Shown here one piece after another: positions 38,640 through 48,172 of a stretch of DNA of 64,000 nucleotides (position 1 is its first letter; every line of letters starts with the position of its first letter). The position numbers and the translations under genes were made by a program. This DNA is from a phage: sequence record PZ452591.1; one strand, 5' to 3'. A model generated the notes under the pieces. The model was given only the letters and a program-made list of their open reading frames with translations. It was not told the origin of the DNA and searched no databases.

Positions 38640-39216
38640 ATTCTCTACATTCCTTAACAAATTTTTCTAATAATAAATCGCTTTCAAAATTGGGATTTTC
38701 CACTAATTTATCAAAAAGATCATCAACAATATTCAAGATATTCCTTTTACTAAGAATACGTTTATTTTCATGCTTCGTTTCAGAGTCAACTATAAGAGTA
38801 AAGAAATATTTCTTTCCCTGAAATTTTACCGTAGTATCAATATAAAATAAATTTGACTTTTGTAAATTACGTTTAAACCATGCGTCGCTTAAACTATAAA
38901 CACCGAGATAATCAAAATCGTCGTTTAAATAACATACGGTCCATTCAGGAGAAATGAAATCAGTAAATTCAACATCAAAATCGCATGTTAATAAATAAAT
39001 TGATTCAATACTGTTAATAAGTATTCCAGGACGTATTAAAGACTTTTTACCTCTAGAAAATCTTCCAGAAAGACTTTCATCAGTTTCATATGAAGAACCC
39101 CAATAATAATTACGTCCTTCTGCCATATGTTTAAGAGCATTTAATAATTGGTCTGGAACATCAACCTGTCTTTGAAACTCTTCAAACATTGAATTGAAAT
39201 CACTTTGCATTTTCAT
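38608..39216 (-). CDS. hypothetical protein
   Basis: 202-aa ORF. Confidence 0.5.
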   Translation of the reverse strand: MKMQSDFNSMFEEFQRQVDVPDQLLNALKHMAEGRNYYWGSSYETDESLSGRFSRGKKSLIRPGILINSIESIYLLTCDFDVEFTDFISPEWTVCYLNDDFDYLGVYSLSDAWFKRNLQKSNLFYIDTTVKFQGKKYFFTLIVDSETKHENKRILSKRNILNIVDDLFDKLVENPNFESDLLLEKFVKECREYVKTITIPSK

Positions 39217-39237
39217 TCCTATTTACTCCAAGTAATA

Positions 39238-39251
39238 GGGGCCGAAGCCCC
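39238..39251 (-). terminator. UUCG-tetraloop hairpin
   Basis: GGGGC-UUCG-GCCCC on minus strand after the 39258-39851 gene. Confidence 0.35.
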
Positions 39252-39257
39252 TTATCA

Positions 39258-39851
39258 TTATTTCAGAGAATTAATATATTCCTGAACATCGGCAGAGGTA
39301 GTTTCAACCCCAGAAATATTACCATTAAAGGTTTCAACTCGAGCGAGAGTGTCTTCAATATCAACCTTAGTCAGTGCTGCAATTTCAACTACATCATCAG
39401 CAGTACTAATTCCAAGGGCATTCGCTGCACGAGTTTCACGGATATATTCCAATTTAACCGCAAGTTCTTGGCGTGCATCATCCAATTCAACTACTTTCTT
39501 AGCGATTTCAATTCGCATTTCAGCATAACCATCAGCTTTAGTAGTCAACTGCTCAGCTGTTCGACGATATAGTAAACCGAGTTTAGCATGCATTGTTACA
39601 TCTTGACCTTCGGAAAGAAGCTTGCGAATTTCACGCTCTTTTGATTCAGCCTGCTTATTCTTTTCGACAATAAGTTCACGAATACGCTTTTCTTCATTAA
39701 TAGATTTAACGGAAGCAGTTTTTAGATCTTTAATCTTATCAAGTAGTTTTGCTGCCGCAGCAGTATACTGTTCTTCAACAGATAGATTTTTAGCCATAGC
39801 AGAACCAAGTTTAGTGCGAATAAACTCAACAATTTTCTTCAGTGTGTTCAT
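39258..39851 (-). CDS. coiled-coil protein
   Basis: 197-aa ORF, largely helical and charged. Confidence 0.5.
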
Positions 39852-39908
39852 AGTATTTCCTTAGGTTGATACAATTAGATAATATCACGTTTTTAATAGA
39901 TTGTAAAC

Positions 39909-40244
39909 TTATTCTTCGTCTAGCTCATCAATAAAGACATCAATGGCCTCGATAACGGCATCATTGATAGCCAATAAAGTAAAATCATCGTCAGTGCCTT
40001 TAGAAGATTCTAAAGCATTGATATATGCTTGGTTAGCAAGTTCCCAAGCCTTTTTAAAATAAGGAGCTTCATCATCAGGACAAATATCCCGCACGCCTTC
40101 AAAGATACGTTTGGCATAATCTAACACCCATTGTACAGGCATGTTTTGAGAGCGTTCGTTAAACTCTTTAAATTCCTTAGATTCAAAAAGCTCTTCAGGA
40201 TAATAATTTCGATTACAAAAAGCTTTACTAAAGTTACGTTTCAT
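39909..40244 (-). CDS. hypothetical protein
   Basis: 111-aa acidic ORF. Confidence 0.5.
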   Translation of the reverse strand: MKRNFSKAFCNRNYYPEELFESKEFKEFNERSQNMPVQWVLDYAKRIFEGVRDICPDDEAPYFKKAWELANQAYINALESSKGTDDDFTLLAINDAVIEAIDVFIDELDEE

Positions 40245-40299
40245 AATGTTCTCCTCAAATTATAGGCTCATAATATCTCAATCATGAGCCTATGTAAAC

Positions 40300-40563
40300 T
40301 TATTTCATATTATTGAAATATTCTTCTGCGATTTCGTCGTTATCATGGTAAACTTTAGAAGACAGTTTAACATAACCTTCTGCCGTGAACATGTTAATCA
40401 CAACCTTTACAGTATACCACTGACCATCTTCATTACCCATTACTGCGTAAGTTTCAAACATCGGATGATCAGGACCGATAACTTTAATATCATTCACTGT
40501 ACGACCGAAATCTTCTGAAACACATTTCATAAAGAAGTTGAACAGTTCGCCGTAATTATCCAT
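40300..40563 (-). CDS. hypothetical protein
   Basis: ATG at 40563 after SD GGAGA, 87 aa; first gene after an early promoter. Confidence 0.5.
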   Translation of the reverse strand: MDNYGELFNFFMKCVSEDFGRTVNDIKVIGPDHPMFETYAVMGNEDGQWYTVKVVINMFTAEGYVKLSSKVYHDNDEIAEEYFNNMK

Positions 40564-40606
40564 TTCATTCTCCAAGTTGTTTTCTGTATCAGTAGTTGAT
40601 AGTTGT

Positions 40607-40636
40607 ATAGTACCATGGAAGAACAGGGATGTAAAC
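40607..40636 (-). promoter_or_regulatory. early promoter
   Basis: GTTTACA-17 nt-TGGTACTAT on minus strand upstream of 40300-40563 gene. Confidence 0.5.
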
Positions 40637-40744
40637 AGTTTTGTGAAAAAATTTTTAAAAAGTTTTAGGGAATTCTAGGGTCAGGAGGGGCAATTAAAAG
40701 GTAGGATAATATATTATAAAGGGTATAAACTAAATGATGCCTAG

Positions 40745-41110
40745 AGAGGCCCGGAAAGGCCTAGATACCAAAAAGCCCCAACCTTTCGGCCAGGGCTAAG
40801 CCTTGCGGCAACCTTGTCGGGGTTCCACCTGCTAAGGCAAGTGTTTGTACGAAACGCCGGGACTTGAACCCGGTTATTAAGTAGTTGACGCTACTCAATA
40901 TTTTTAAAAGGCCATATCTCGACCATATCCGAACGTTCCGTCAAAAACGCTACTCGGCTTACGGCAAAGATATTTCCTCGAATCGATAATTCGGCGCGCC
41001 GTTTCTGCTGTGATATAAGGGGACATTAACAAAACATAAAGATTTATTAATGCCAGTCCTTAAACAGGGAACATCAGTCCGACGACTTGCCGGTAGCGAC
41101 CCGGCTTCTT
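40745..41110 (-). ncRNA. probable small stable RNA region (position of T4 species 1/2 RNAs)
   Basis: ~360 nt with no credible ORF, GC-rich hairpins (e.g. GGCCTTTCCGGGCC, GCCGGgtcgctaCCGGC) immediately 3' of tRNA-Arg. Confidence 0.35.
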
Positions 41111-41113
41111 GTC

Positions 41114-41190
<77 letters not shown>

Positions 41191-41193
41191 TAA

Positions 41194-41859
41194 TTAAAAT
41201 TTCATTTTTCGACCTTTAAACCATCCTTCTGGAATTGGGTCAGTTTTCTTAATACGTTTAGAAACTTTTTCATCTAATGAATGAATCCACATCATACCAA
41301 ATTGGGAATTCTTTTCGCCCTGTTGGTGTTTATTTCTGGCGTGAGATTCTTTCATTTTATTAATAGTTTCAGGAGTATGATGCTTATTTAAAAATCTGCT
41401 ATTATTTAAAAATTTTTCCCTGTATTCAGGAGTTGACCACAAGCGTTTAAATACATTTGAACCATGTTTACGATATTTTTCTTGAAGTAAAATATCATTT
41501 TTAAAACGTGACTTAAACGATTTAGCTCCTTTTAAACTAGCGTCTTTCTTCTGGTTTAGCATCCCAGGAATATTTATATGGTCCCATCCACCTTCACCTC
41601 CAAGTTTTAAATTATACACATCTGGTCTATTTAAAAACTCTTCTGTGACAATATTTTTCTCGGCTTCAAGCATAGATTCTTTATCATCAAAATACTCTAA
41701 TATTTCTTTAGAAAAATTTTCTATACCATATTTATCTTGGGCTCTTTTTAATAATTTACCAGAACCCATATATCCATCATCTAAATTTTCGGTAGAATGC
41801 ACACCAATATAAATTTTATTATTAATTTTATTTGTTATTTTATAAGTGTAATGGAACAT
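41194..41859 (-). CDS. segB: GIY-YIG homing endonuclease
   Basis: 221 aa, N-terminal YTYKITNKINNKIYIGVHS GIY-YIG module; inserted between tRNA-Ile and tRNA-Arg as T4 segB. Confidence 0.8.
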   Translation of the reverse strand: MFHYTYKITNKINNKIYIGVHSTENLDDGYMGSGKLLKRAQDKYGIENFSKEILEYFDDKESMLEAEKNIVTEEFLNRPDVYNLKLGGEGGWDHINIPGMLNQKKDASLKGAKSFKSRFKNDILLQEKYRKHGSNVFKRLWSTPEYREKFLNNSRFLNKHHTPETINKMKESHARNKHQQGEKNSQFGMMWIHSLDEKVSKRIKKTDPIPEGWFKGRKMKF

Positions 41860-41899
41860 AAATATCTCCTATTTCTAAGAGTATTTATGTTCCCAAAAT

Positions 41900-41971
41900 A
41901 TGGCCCTGGGTGGAATTGAACCACCATCTGGCGATTATGAGTCGCTTGCTTGAACCTTCCAGCTACAGGGC
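41900..41971 (-). tRNA. tRNA-Ile (anticodon CAU, lysidine type)
   Basis: Anticodon arm GCGACTCATAATCGC as in tRNA-Ile2; no encoded CCA. Confidence 0.7.
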
Positions 41972-41972
41972 C

Positions 41973-42048
41973 TTGGTGCTGATTGACGGAATCGAACCGC
42001 CGACGTCCTCATTACAAGTGAGGTGCTCTACCTACTGAGCTAAATCAG
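41973..42048 (-). tRNA. tRNA-Thr (anticodon UGU)
   Basis: Cloverleaf with anticodon loop CTTGTAA, T-loop TTCGATT, CCA encoded. Confidence 0.85.
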
Positions 42049-42050
42049 CA

Positions 42051-42137
42051 ACGGAGGCGATAGGATTTGAACCTATGAGTCGCCGGAGCGACTGCCGGTT
42101 TTCAAGACCGGTGCATTAAACCACTCTGCCACGCCTC
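42051..42137 (-). tRNA. tRNA-Ser (anticodon UGA)
   Basis: Type II tRNA with long variable arm, anticodon loop CTTGAAA; no encoded CCA. Confidence 0.85.
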
Positions 42138-42139
42138 CA

Positions 42140-42213
42140 GTCTCCGTGGCAGGATTTGAACCTACGACATTCTGCTCCCAAAGCAGACGCTCTACCAAAC
42201 TGAGCTACACGGA
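42140..42213 (-). tRNA. tRNA-Pro (anticodon UGG)
   Basis: Anticodon loop TTTGGGA, D-arm GCTC-AGTTTGGTA-GAGC; no encoded CCA. Confidence 0.85.
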
Positions 42214-42223
42214 GTAAATTAAA

Positions 42224-42297
<74 letters not shown>

Positions 42298-42302
42298 CAA
42301 AT

Positions 42303-42389
42303 TTGGTGCGAGAAGTGGGACTCGAACCCACAAGGAAATCATTCCGCAGCATTTTAAGTGCTGTGCCTTTACCAATTTGACCATTCTCG
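42303..42389 (-). tRNA. tRNA-Leu (anticodon UAA)
   Basis: Type II tRNA, anticodon loop CTTAAAA, long variable arm, CCA encoded. Confidence 0.85.
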
Positions 42390-42390
42390 C

Positions 42391-42463
42391 GCTGGGAATA
42401 AAGGACTCGAACCTTTGCATCCTGGAATCAAAATCCAGTGCCTTACCAACTTGGCTAATTCCC
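42391..42463 (-). tRNA. tRNA-Gln (anticodon UUG)
   Basis: Anticodon loop TTTTGAT, acceptor TGGGAAT/ATTCCCA; no encoded CCA, 1 nt from tRNA-Leu. Confidence 0.85.
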
Positions 42464-42561
42464 AATTATTAACAAAGGCTCTCTAACAAGAACCCTTGAT
42501 GATAGAGGGTATTAATCAGTGCAGTATGAGTTAATAATAACAAATAATTCTTAAAGCATAT

Positions 42562-42849
42562 TTACCATTTATGATAATACATATTTACGATGCATTCAAG
42601 ACCCAAAGGATTCTTGAAAATATCATATTCAAGAGGACCTTTTTCCGTTTCAATAAAGAAATCAAAATTTACTGTATTAAATTTACGGTCTTCCTTCACT
42701 AATTTAACCTGAGAAAATGAACGGTCAATGTAAACCTTTTCAACTTCAAAACATGTTAAAATGCCATAATCATCAATCAAGGCTTTAGCTGCGTCTTGAT
42801 CATATTTATATCCATTTTCAATGGATGATACTTTAGCATAAAGAATCAT
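42562..42849 (-). CDS. hypothetical protein
   Basis: 95-aa ORF downstream of tRNA cluster. Confidence 0.5.
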   Translation of the reverse strand: MILYAKVSSIENGYKYDQDAAKALIDDYGILTCFEVEKVYIDRSFSQVKLVKEDRKFNTVNFDFFIETEKGPLEYDIFKNPLGLECIVNMYYHKW

Positions 42850-42851
42850 TA

Positions 42852-43262
42852 TCAGCCTCTATCAACGATAGTATGAGTATGGGCATTTACGATTTGCCAC
42901 CAGTCGAAACGATTGGAACCATAATCTGGTTTATTTTCATTCTCTTTAATGATATCACGCAGTTTATCTTCTGTTTCAGCATACGCAATTAAATCATCAT
43001 ATCCACCGCAAGGATAATAATTATCACCTGCGAATAAAAGAAAATTTACCTTAGATGGATTTACGTAATAATGGTCTTTAGGATATTTAGTTCCTCTCCA
43101 ATCAGTTACTTCAACATAACGGTAAGAAAATCCATTTTTACTTTCAATCCAACTCCACGCTTCAAAAGGAGTATTAAAAACTTTATCAGGTATTAAATTA
43201 CCTTCAAAATGAGAAGGATTTGCATAATCCCCGGCATAAACATAATATTCGTTAATACTCAT
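42852..43262 (-). CDS. hypothetical protein
   Basis: 136-aa ORF rich in Tyr/Asp. Confidence 0.5.
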   Translation of the reverse strand: MSINEYYVYAGDYANPSHFEGNLIPDKVFNTPFEAWSWIESKNGFSYRYVEVTDWRGTKYPKDHYYVNPSKVNFLLFAGDNYYPCGGYDDLIAYAETEDKLRDIIKENENKPDYGSNRFDWWQIVNAHTHTIVDRG

Positions 43263-43448
43263 TTATTCACCTTTAGAAATTTTATCCATAACAATAGCAA
43301 TTAAACCAATTAAAAATGCTACTACAAGTGAAAACACATTTTCTGCTGTAGTCAATAATCCACATATAAATCCAACAAACATTGAAAAACTAAAAGCGGA
43401 AGCAGAAATTGCAATAGCAACATTTCGAATTAATTCACAACGTTTCAT
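43263..43448 (-). CDS. small membrane protein
   Basis: 61 aa with two hydrophobic helices; own promoter-hairpin unit upstream. Confidence 0.45.
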   Translation of the reverse strand: MKRCELIRNVAIAISASAFSFSMFVGFICGLLTTAENVFSLVVAFLIGLIAIVMDKISKGE

Positions 43449-43467
43449 TTTATTCTCCTCAGTAGTA

Positions 43468-43495
43468 GATAGGGTAATAGTATCACTACCCTATC
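43468..43495. repeat. inverted repeat (hairpin) in ipI-locus cassette 1
   Basis: GATAGGGTA-atagtatcac-TACCCTATC, 9-bp perfect stem. Confidence 0.7.
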
Positions 43496-43506
43496 TAAAA
43501 GTAAAC
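43477..43506 (-). promoter_or_regulatory. early promoter with embedded hairpin (ipI-locus cassette 1)
   Basis: GTTTAC then 9-bp stem flanking GTGATACTAT; -10 TACTAT sits in the loop. Confidence 0.5.
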
Positions 43507-43740
43507 TTATTTTTTACGAAAAATTGATTTATTTTCTGCTGCCCATTTTTCAATAACTGCAGCAGGACCAGTAACAACAATTTTATCACCGTAATCTTCT
43601 GCGGCGAGTTGACCGAAATTATCTAATGCATCACGAAGAACTCCATGAGGCATTTCACCCATTTTATCTTTCTTGCCAGTGTAAATAAACTCAACTTTTA
43701 CATCAGCAGTTTCAGCAATAAATTCTTGGTAAGTTTTCAT
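43507..43740 (-). CDS. internal-protein-like capsid-targeted protein (77 aa)
   Basis: ATG at 43740 gives MKTYQEFIAETADVK... with canonical CTS; track ORF adds 4 residues. Confidence 0.6.
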   Translation of the reverse strand: MKTYQEFIAETADVKVEFIYTGKKDKMGEMPHGVLRDALDNFGQLAAEDYGDKIVVTGPAAVIEKWAAENKSIFRKK

Positions 43741-43766
43741 TTTGATTTCCATTTGGTTTTGTTTTG

Positions 43767-43798
43767 ATAGGGTAATAGTATCACAACTAAAACCCTAT
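43767..43798. repeat. inverted repeat (hairpin) in ipI-locus cassette 2
   Basis: ATAGGGT-(18 nt incl. atagtatcac)-ACCCTAT, 7-bp stem. Confidence 0.6.
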
Positions 43799-43804
43799 GT
43801 AAAC
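43775..43804 (-). promoter_or_regulatory. early promoter with embedded hairpin (ipI-locus cassette 2)
   Basis: GTTTACA-17 nt-TACTAT; 7-bp inverted repeat ATAGGGT/ACCCTAT around -10. Confidence 0.5.
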
Positions 43805-43816
43805 AACTTTGTGAAA

Positions 43817-44074
43817 TTATTTTAAATCTTCTAATCGTTTCTTCATCTTAGAACCATTTTTAGCAATTTCTCCTGCATCGGAGCATAATGCTAAAAGTGC
43901 TTTAACTTTAGTTTGGTCTCCTTTAAAAGATGAAGGATCGACCGCAGCAGCAAGTTCTTTAATACGAGAGAAAAGACGCTCAGCTTCAGCTAAAGCCATT
44001 CCAAGCTTTACTTCCATACCGTGGGAAGATTCAGTGATAGTAGTTTTTGTAGCAAACTCTTTGAAAGTTTTCAT
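43817..44074 (-). CDS. internal-protein-like protein with variant targeting sequence (85 aa)
   Basis: Starts MKTFKEFATKTTITE, a variant of the MKTYQEFIAE CTS. Confidence 0.5.
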   Translation of the reverse strand: MKTFKEFATKTTITESSHGMEVKLGMALAEAERLFSRIKELAAAVDPSSFKGDQTKVKALLALCSDAGEIAKNGSKMKKRLEDLK

Positions 44075-44096
44075 TTTTATTTTCCTAATTAATTTT

Positions 44097-44124
44097 GATG
44101 AGGTAATAGTATCACTACCTCATC
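44097..44124. repeat. inverted repeat (hairpin) in ipI-locus cassette 3
   Basis: GATGAGGTA-atagtatcac-TACCTCATC; stem differs from cassette 1 by compensatory changes. Confidence 0.7.
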
Positions 44125-44135
44125 AGTATGTAAAC
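44106..44135 (-). promoter_or_regulatory. early promoter with embedded hairpin (ipI-locus cassette 3)
   Basis: GTTTACA-17 nt-TACTAT; 9-bp inverted repeat GATGAGGTA/TACCTCATC around -10. Confidence 0.5.
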
Positions 44136-44147
44136 AACTTTGTGAAA

Positions 44148-44832
<685 letters not shown>

Positions 44833-44833
<1 letters not shown>

Positions 44834-45558
44834 TATAGTACCTTTAGTGTATTTTTAATTTTAGAAAAAAGTTCTTCAAGAGAACCATCGTTTGTAATTA
44901 CTAAATCGCCATCACGAATTGGCAATCCAGCTTCTGTAATATGTGTATCATTGGATTTTTGACCAGGACGAACTACATGAATTACTGTAGCACCCATCGC
45001 CCTAGCCGCATCCATTTCATGATCTTGACGGGTATCAGGAACGATATAATAATCATAACCTGAGTTAAATTTATCAAGATAATCTAAAGCAAATAATTTT
45101 ACCCAGTACATGCGGTCGAAGTTATTAACAATCAAATCCGTACCTAGGGCTTGCATCAGACGACGGACTGACCATTGATCTTCAATATTATTTATAACGT
45201 CAGTAATTTTGTTAAATGCTACGAAATTAACTGATTCTTTTCCTTCGTCATCAAAAACAAACACACCTTTAATTGGGCTTTTACCATTAAGATAGCAAAA
45301 TGCTTGTTCCATAATCGTGATTACTTCTAATTTAGTCAGATTTAAATTAGTCTCACGATCATAGTCAATTCCTTCAAACTCTTTACGAGTTAAGCAAGGA
45401 TAGTCGGTGTTTGCTGCAAATACTCCCCATGCATAAGCCAATGCATCCTTAATAGGACCAGCAAGTTGGTATTTAACTGCAGAATAATTACTCATGATAA
45501 AATCAGCAGTAGTATCTTTTCCACTACGCTTTACACCGCTTAAAAAGATTAGTTTCAT
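44833..45558 (-). CDS. 1: deoxynucleoside monophosphate kinase
   Basis: ATG at 45558 after SD GAGGAG gives 241 aa, MKLIFLSGVKRSGKDT P-loop. Confidence 0.85.
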
Positions 45559-45607
45559 GTGTTTCTCCTCAAATTTAATTAAGATTATAACACACAAAAC
45601 TGAAGCA

Positions 45608-46138
45608 TTAAACTTCTGCTATAATTTTACCATCTTTTTCTACTTGAAAATAGGTGTAAGGAATCGTTGCTGTACATACTAAAGCCGGGTCTGAATCTTC
45701 CGTGTAGCTAAATTCTACTTCAGACAGGTCAGAAACCCAAGGCTTATAAAAATTTATTGACATCACGATTTCAGTTTTGCTATTATCTAAGATGTAAAGC
45801 GTAATGTATTCAGGACCTGTTTTTTGGGCAGTATTTTCACCTGTAAGATAGTTGCTAGTTCCTAGCATCCATTCATACATTCCTATCCATGACTTAAGTT
45901 CTTCATCAACTATAAATCTCACGATGAGTGGATCGTACTCAAATGTAGCACCTGGACGTTGTGCTCGACCAAGTCCAAACGGCCCAGTCACGGTATCAGT
46001 AACAGGTATTCTAATTCCTGGAATAGGAACTGACTGAGCATTTAAAGTAAAAGCAGATGTAGTATTACTATGTGGTATTGATACTACAAAGTTAGTTGTA
46101 TTTGCTTGGTTAAAAATTTGTTGCAGAGCTTGCGACAT
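45608..46138 (-). CDS. 3: tail completion / sheath stabiliser gp3
   Basis: ATG at 46138 after SD GAGGAA gives 176 aa; T4 synteny 1-3-2-4. Confidence 0.8.
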   Translation of the reverse strand: MSQALQQIFNQANTTNFVVSIPHSNTTSAFTLNAQSVPIPGIRIPVTDTVTGPFGLGRAQRPGATFEYDPLIVRFIVDEELKSWIGMYEWMLGTSNYLTGENTAQKTGPEYITLYILDNSKTEIVMSINFYKPWVSDLSEVEFSYTEDSDPALVCTATIPYTYFQVEKDGKIIAEV

Positions 46139-46235
46139 ATATTCCTCATAATGCTTTATAACTGTTGGTGGTATAATGGGTCTAAGTCCCTTCCATTCAA
46201 TTCCATTTAGAACAAACAACAGAAAAGAATGGAAG

Positions 46236-46264
46236 ATAATAGAATTAGATAATAGAATTAGATA
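46236..46264. repeat. tandem 13-bp direct repeat (2.2 copies)
   Basis: ATAATAGAATTAG ATAATAGAATTAG ATA at gene 2 stop / gene 2-3 intergenic. Confidence 0.6.
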
Positions 46265-47082
46265 TTTGACCAGACTTTGTTTGCAGAGAAACGTTTTCCT
46301 TTTGAAACGAACTGCTGAAGTGGCATTAACACAACGTTCGCCCAGTCTTTCGGGGCGATTTCAACAAGGCTACCCATAACATTACCAGGTATATATGCCT
46401 TAATCATTTGGTCTGCACCCCTAAATCCTTTCACTTGACTCCAATCAATTTTTAATTTCGTTTTATTAGTAATAGTCGGTGTATTTGCATATTGCTTTAA
46501 AAGCTCTTCTAGGAATTGCTGGCGAGCTTTAGGTGGAATATAGTGCAAGTTCAATCCGTACATTAAATTATGCTTACCTAAACCAAGGTAAATTATTAAA
46601 GGAAATTTATCCCAGTAAGGAAGAGTTTCCTTGTGTTTAGCATCATAAGCAAAAGCATATATTCGTCCCGGCTGCGGGCGAACAACTTTATGTCCTTTTA
46701 CTTGCTTAATAGTTTCAGCAAACCACTTTCTGGTTTTATTATTAATTGCTGCACCTTCATTACGAATTTTATCACGCAATGTTTGTCTGAATGAATTTAT
46801 CATAAGCAGTTGTCTTTCTTGCTTATTGAGTTTATTCATTGGTTTTGATTCAAGCTTTTGAATCTTTTCAGCCGTTTTAATTCCTGAAGCATATTTTGAC
46901 ATTGCCGAAGTAAACGTAGAGTATTTAATTCCTCTTTCTTCAGCAAATTGCTTTCCTGTCATTCCTTTTGCTTTGGCCTTTTTATATTCAAGACCTATCT
47001 GAATCCATTTCTTTTCGTTTAATGATTGCTTAACCTTTGGAACTTGGGGAGTGCTTTCATTAATTATTTGAAAAATAGCCAT
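46258..47082 (-). CDS. 2: DNA end protector protein gp2
   Basis: 274 aa, same size as T4 gp2; coupled to gene 4. Confidence 0.8.
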   Translation of the reverse strand: MAIFQIINESTPQVPKVKQSLNEKKWIQIGLEYKKAKAKGMTGKQFAEERGIKYSTFTSAMSKYASGIKTAEKIQKLESKPMNKLNKQERQLLMINSFRQTLRDKIRNEGAAINNKTRKWFAETIKQVKGHKVVRPQPGRIYAFAYDAKHKETLPYWDKFPLIIYLGLGKHNLMYGLNLHYIPPKARQQFLEELLKQYANTPTITNKTKLKIDWSQVKGFRGADQMIKAYIPGNVMGSLVEIAPKDWANVVLMPLQQFVSKGKRFSANKVWSNI

Positions 47083-47534
47083 TATGCCCCCTTAAAGCCA
47101 AGAGCTCGTAATCCATCTTCTGTTAGAATTCTAAATTTTATTCCACGCTTTTCAGCTAAAGATTGTGCTGCTTTCCATTTGTCGGTGTTCACAGACCAGG
47201 TATAAATTTCATTCATAAATCTTTTCTTCGCTGCTGTTGTTAGATGCGCCGGTTTAACTGGTGGTTGTGTTTCTTTTTTAGGTTTTATTTCAATAAAAAA
47301 TTCTTGTCCAGAAGAATCTTTCATCCAAATATCCATGAAGTATCTACGTTTTTTCCCTTCTGCATTACAAAAATAAGGAATTACTGCTGTTTCACTACCC
47401 CATGCAATAATTTCTGGATTTTTATCTAACCATTCAAAAAAGAATTTTTCCCAATTTGATCTATACGTAATTTTTTTAGGGTCACCTCTATACTTTGATA
47501 TATTTTTAGGAACCCATTTTCCAGAATATGCCAT
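47082..47534 (-). CDS. 4: head completion protein gp4
   Basis: 150 aa, late promoter TATAAATA 27 nt upstream. Confidence 0.8.
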   Translation of the reverse strand: MAYSGKWVPKNISKYRGDPKKITYRSNWEKFFFEWLDKNPEIIAWGSETAVIPYFCNAEGKKRRYFMDIWMKDSSGQEFFIEIKPKKETQPPVKPAHLTTAAKKRFMNEIYTWSVNTDKWKAAQSLAEKRGIKFRILTEDGLRALGFKGA

Positions 47535-47545
47535 TGGATTCTCCT

Positions 47546-47553
47546 TATAAATA
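47546..47553 (+). promoter_or_regulatory. late promoter (TATAAATA) for gene 53
   Basis: Exact TATAAATA 28 nt upstream of gene 53 ATG. Confidence 0.65.
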
Positions 47554-47560
47554 GATAATA

Positions 47561-47568
47561 TATTTATA
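47561..47568 (-). promoter_or_regulatory. late promoter (TATAAATA) for gene 4
   Basis: Exact TATAAATA on minus strand 27 nt upstream of gene 4 ATG; divergent from gene 53 promoter. Confidence 0.65.
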
Positions 47569-47581
47569 AACAGGAGGGCCC

Positions 47582-48172
47582 ATGCTCTTTACATTTTTTG
47601 ATCCGATTGAATATGCGGCCAAAACGGTGAATAAAAACGCGCCGACTATTCCTATGACAGATATTTTTAGAAACTATAAAGACTATTTTAAACGCGCTCT
47701 TGCGGGATACCGCTTACGTACTTATTATATCAAAGGTTCACCACGCCCGGAAGAATTAGCAAATACTATATATGGAAATCCACAGCTGTATTGGGTTTTA
47801 TTGATGTGTAATGATAATTATGATCCGTATTATGGATGGATTACTTCACAAGAAGCAGCTTATCAAGCATCTATACAAAAATACAAAAATGTAGGTGGAG
47901 ACCAGATAGTATATCATGTGAATGAGAATGGTGAAAAATTTTATAATTTAATATCATACGATGATAATCCATATGTTTGGTATGATAAAGGTGATAAAGC
48001 TAGAAAATATCCTCAATATGAAGGAGCACTTGCTGCTGTTAATACGTATGAAGATGCTGTTCTTGAAAATGAAAAACTTCGTCAAATAAAAATAATAGCA
48101 AAATCAGACATTAATTCATTTATGAACGACCTTATACGTATAATGGAGAAATCTTATGGAAATGATAAGTAA
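47582..48172 (+). CDS. 53: baseplate wedge protein gp53
   Basis: 196 aa, late promoter upstream; T4 size and synteny. Confidence 0.85.
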   Translation: MLFTFFDPIEYAAKTVNKNAPTIPMTDIFRNYKDYFKRALAGYRLRTYYIKGSPRPEELANTIYGNPQLYWVLLMCNDNYDPYYGWITSQEAAYQASIQKYKNVGGDQIVYHVNENGEKFYNLISYDDNPYVWYDKGDKARKYPQYEGALAAVNTYEDAVLENEKLRQIKIIAKSDINSFMNDLIRIMEKSYGNDK

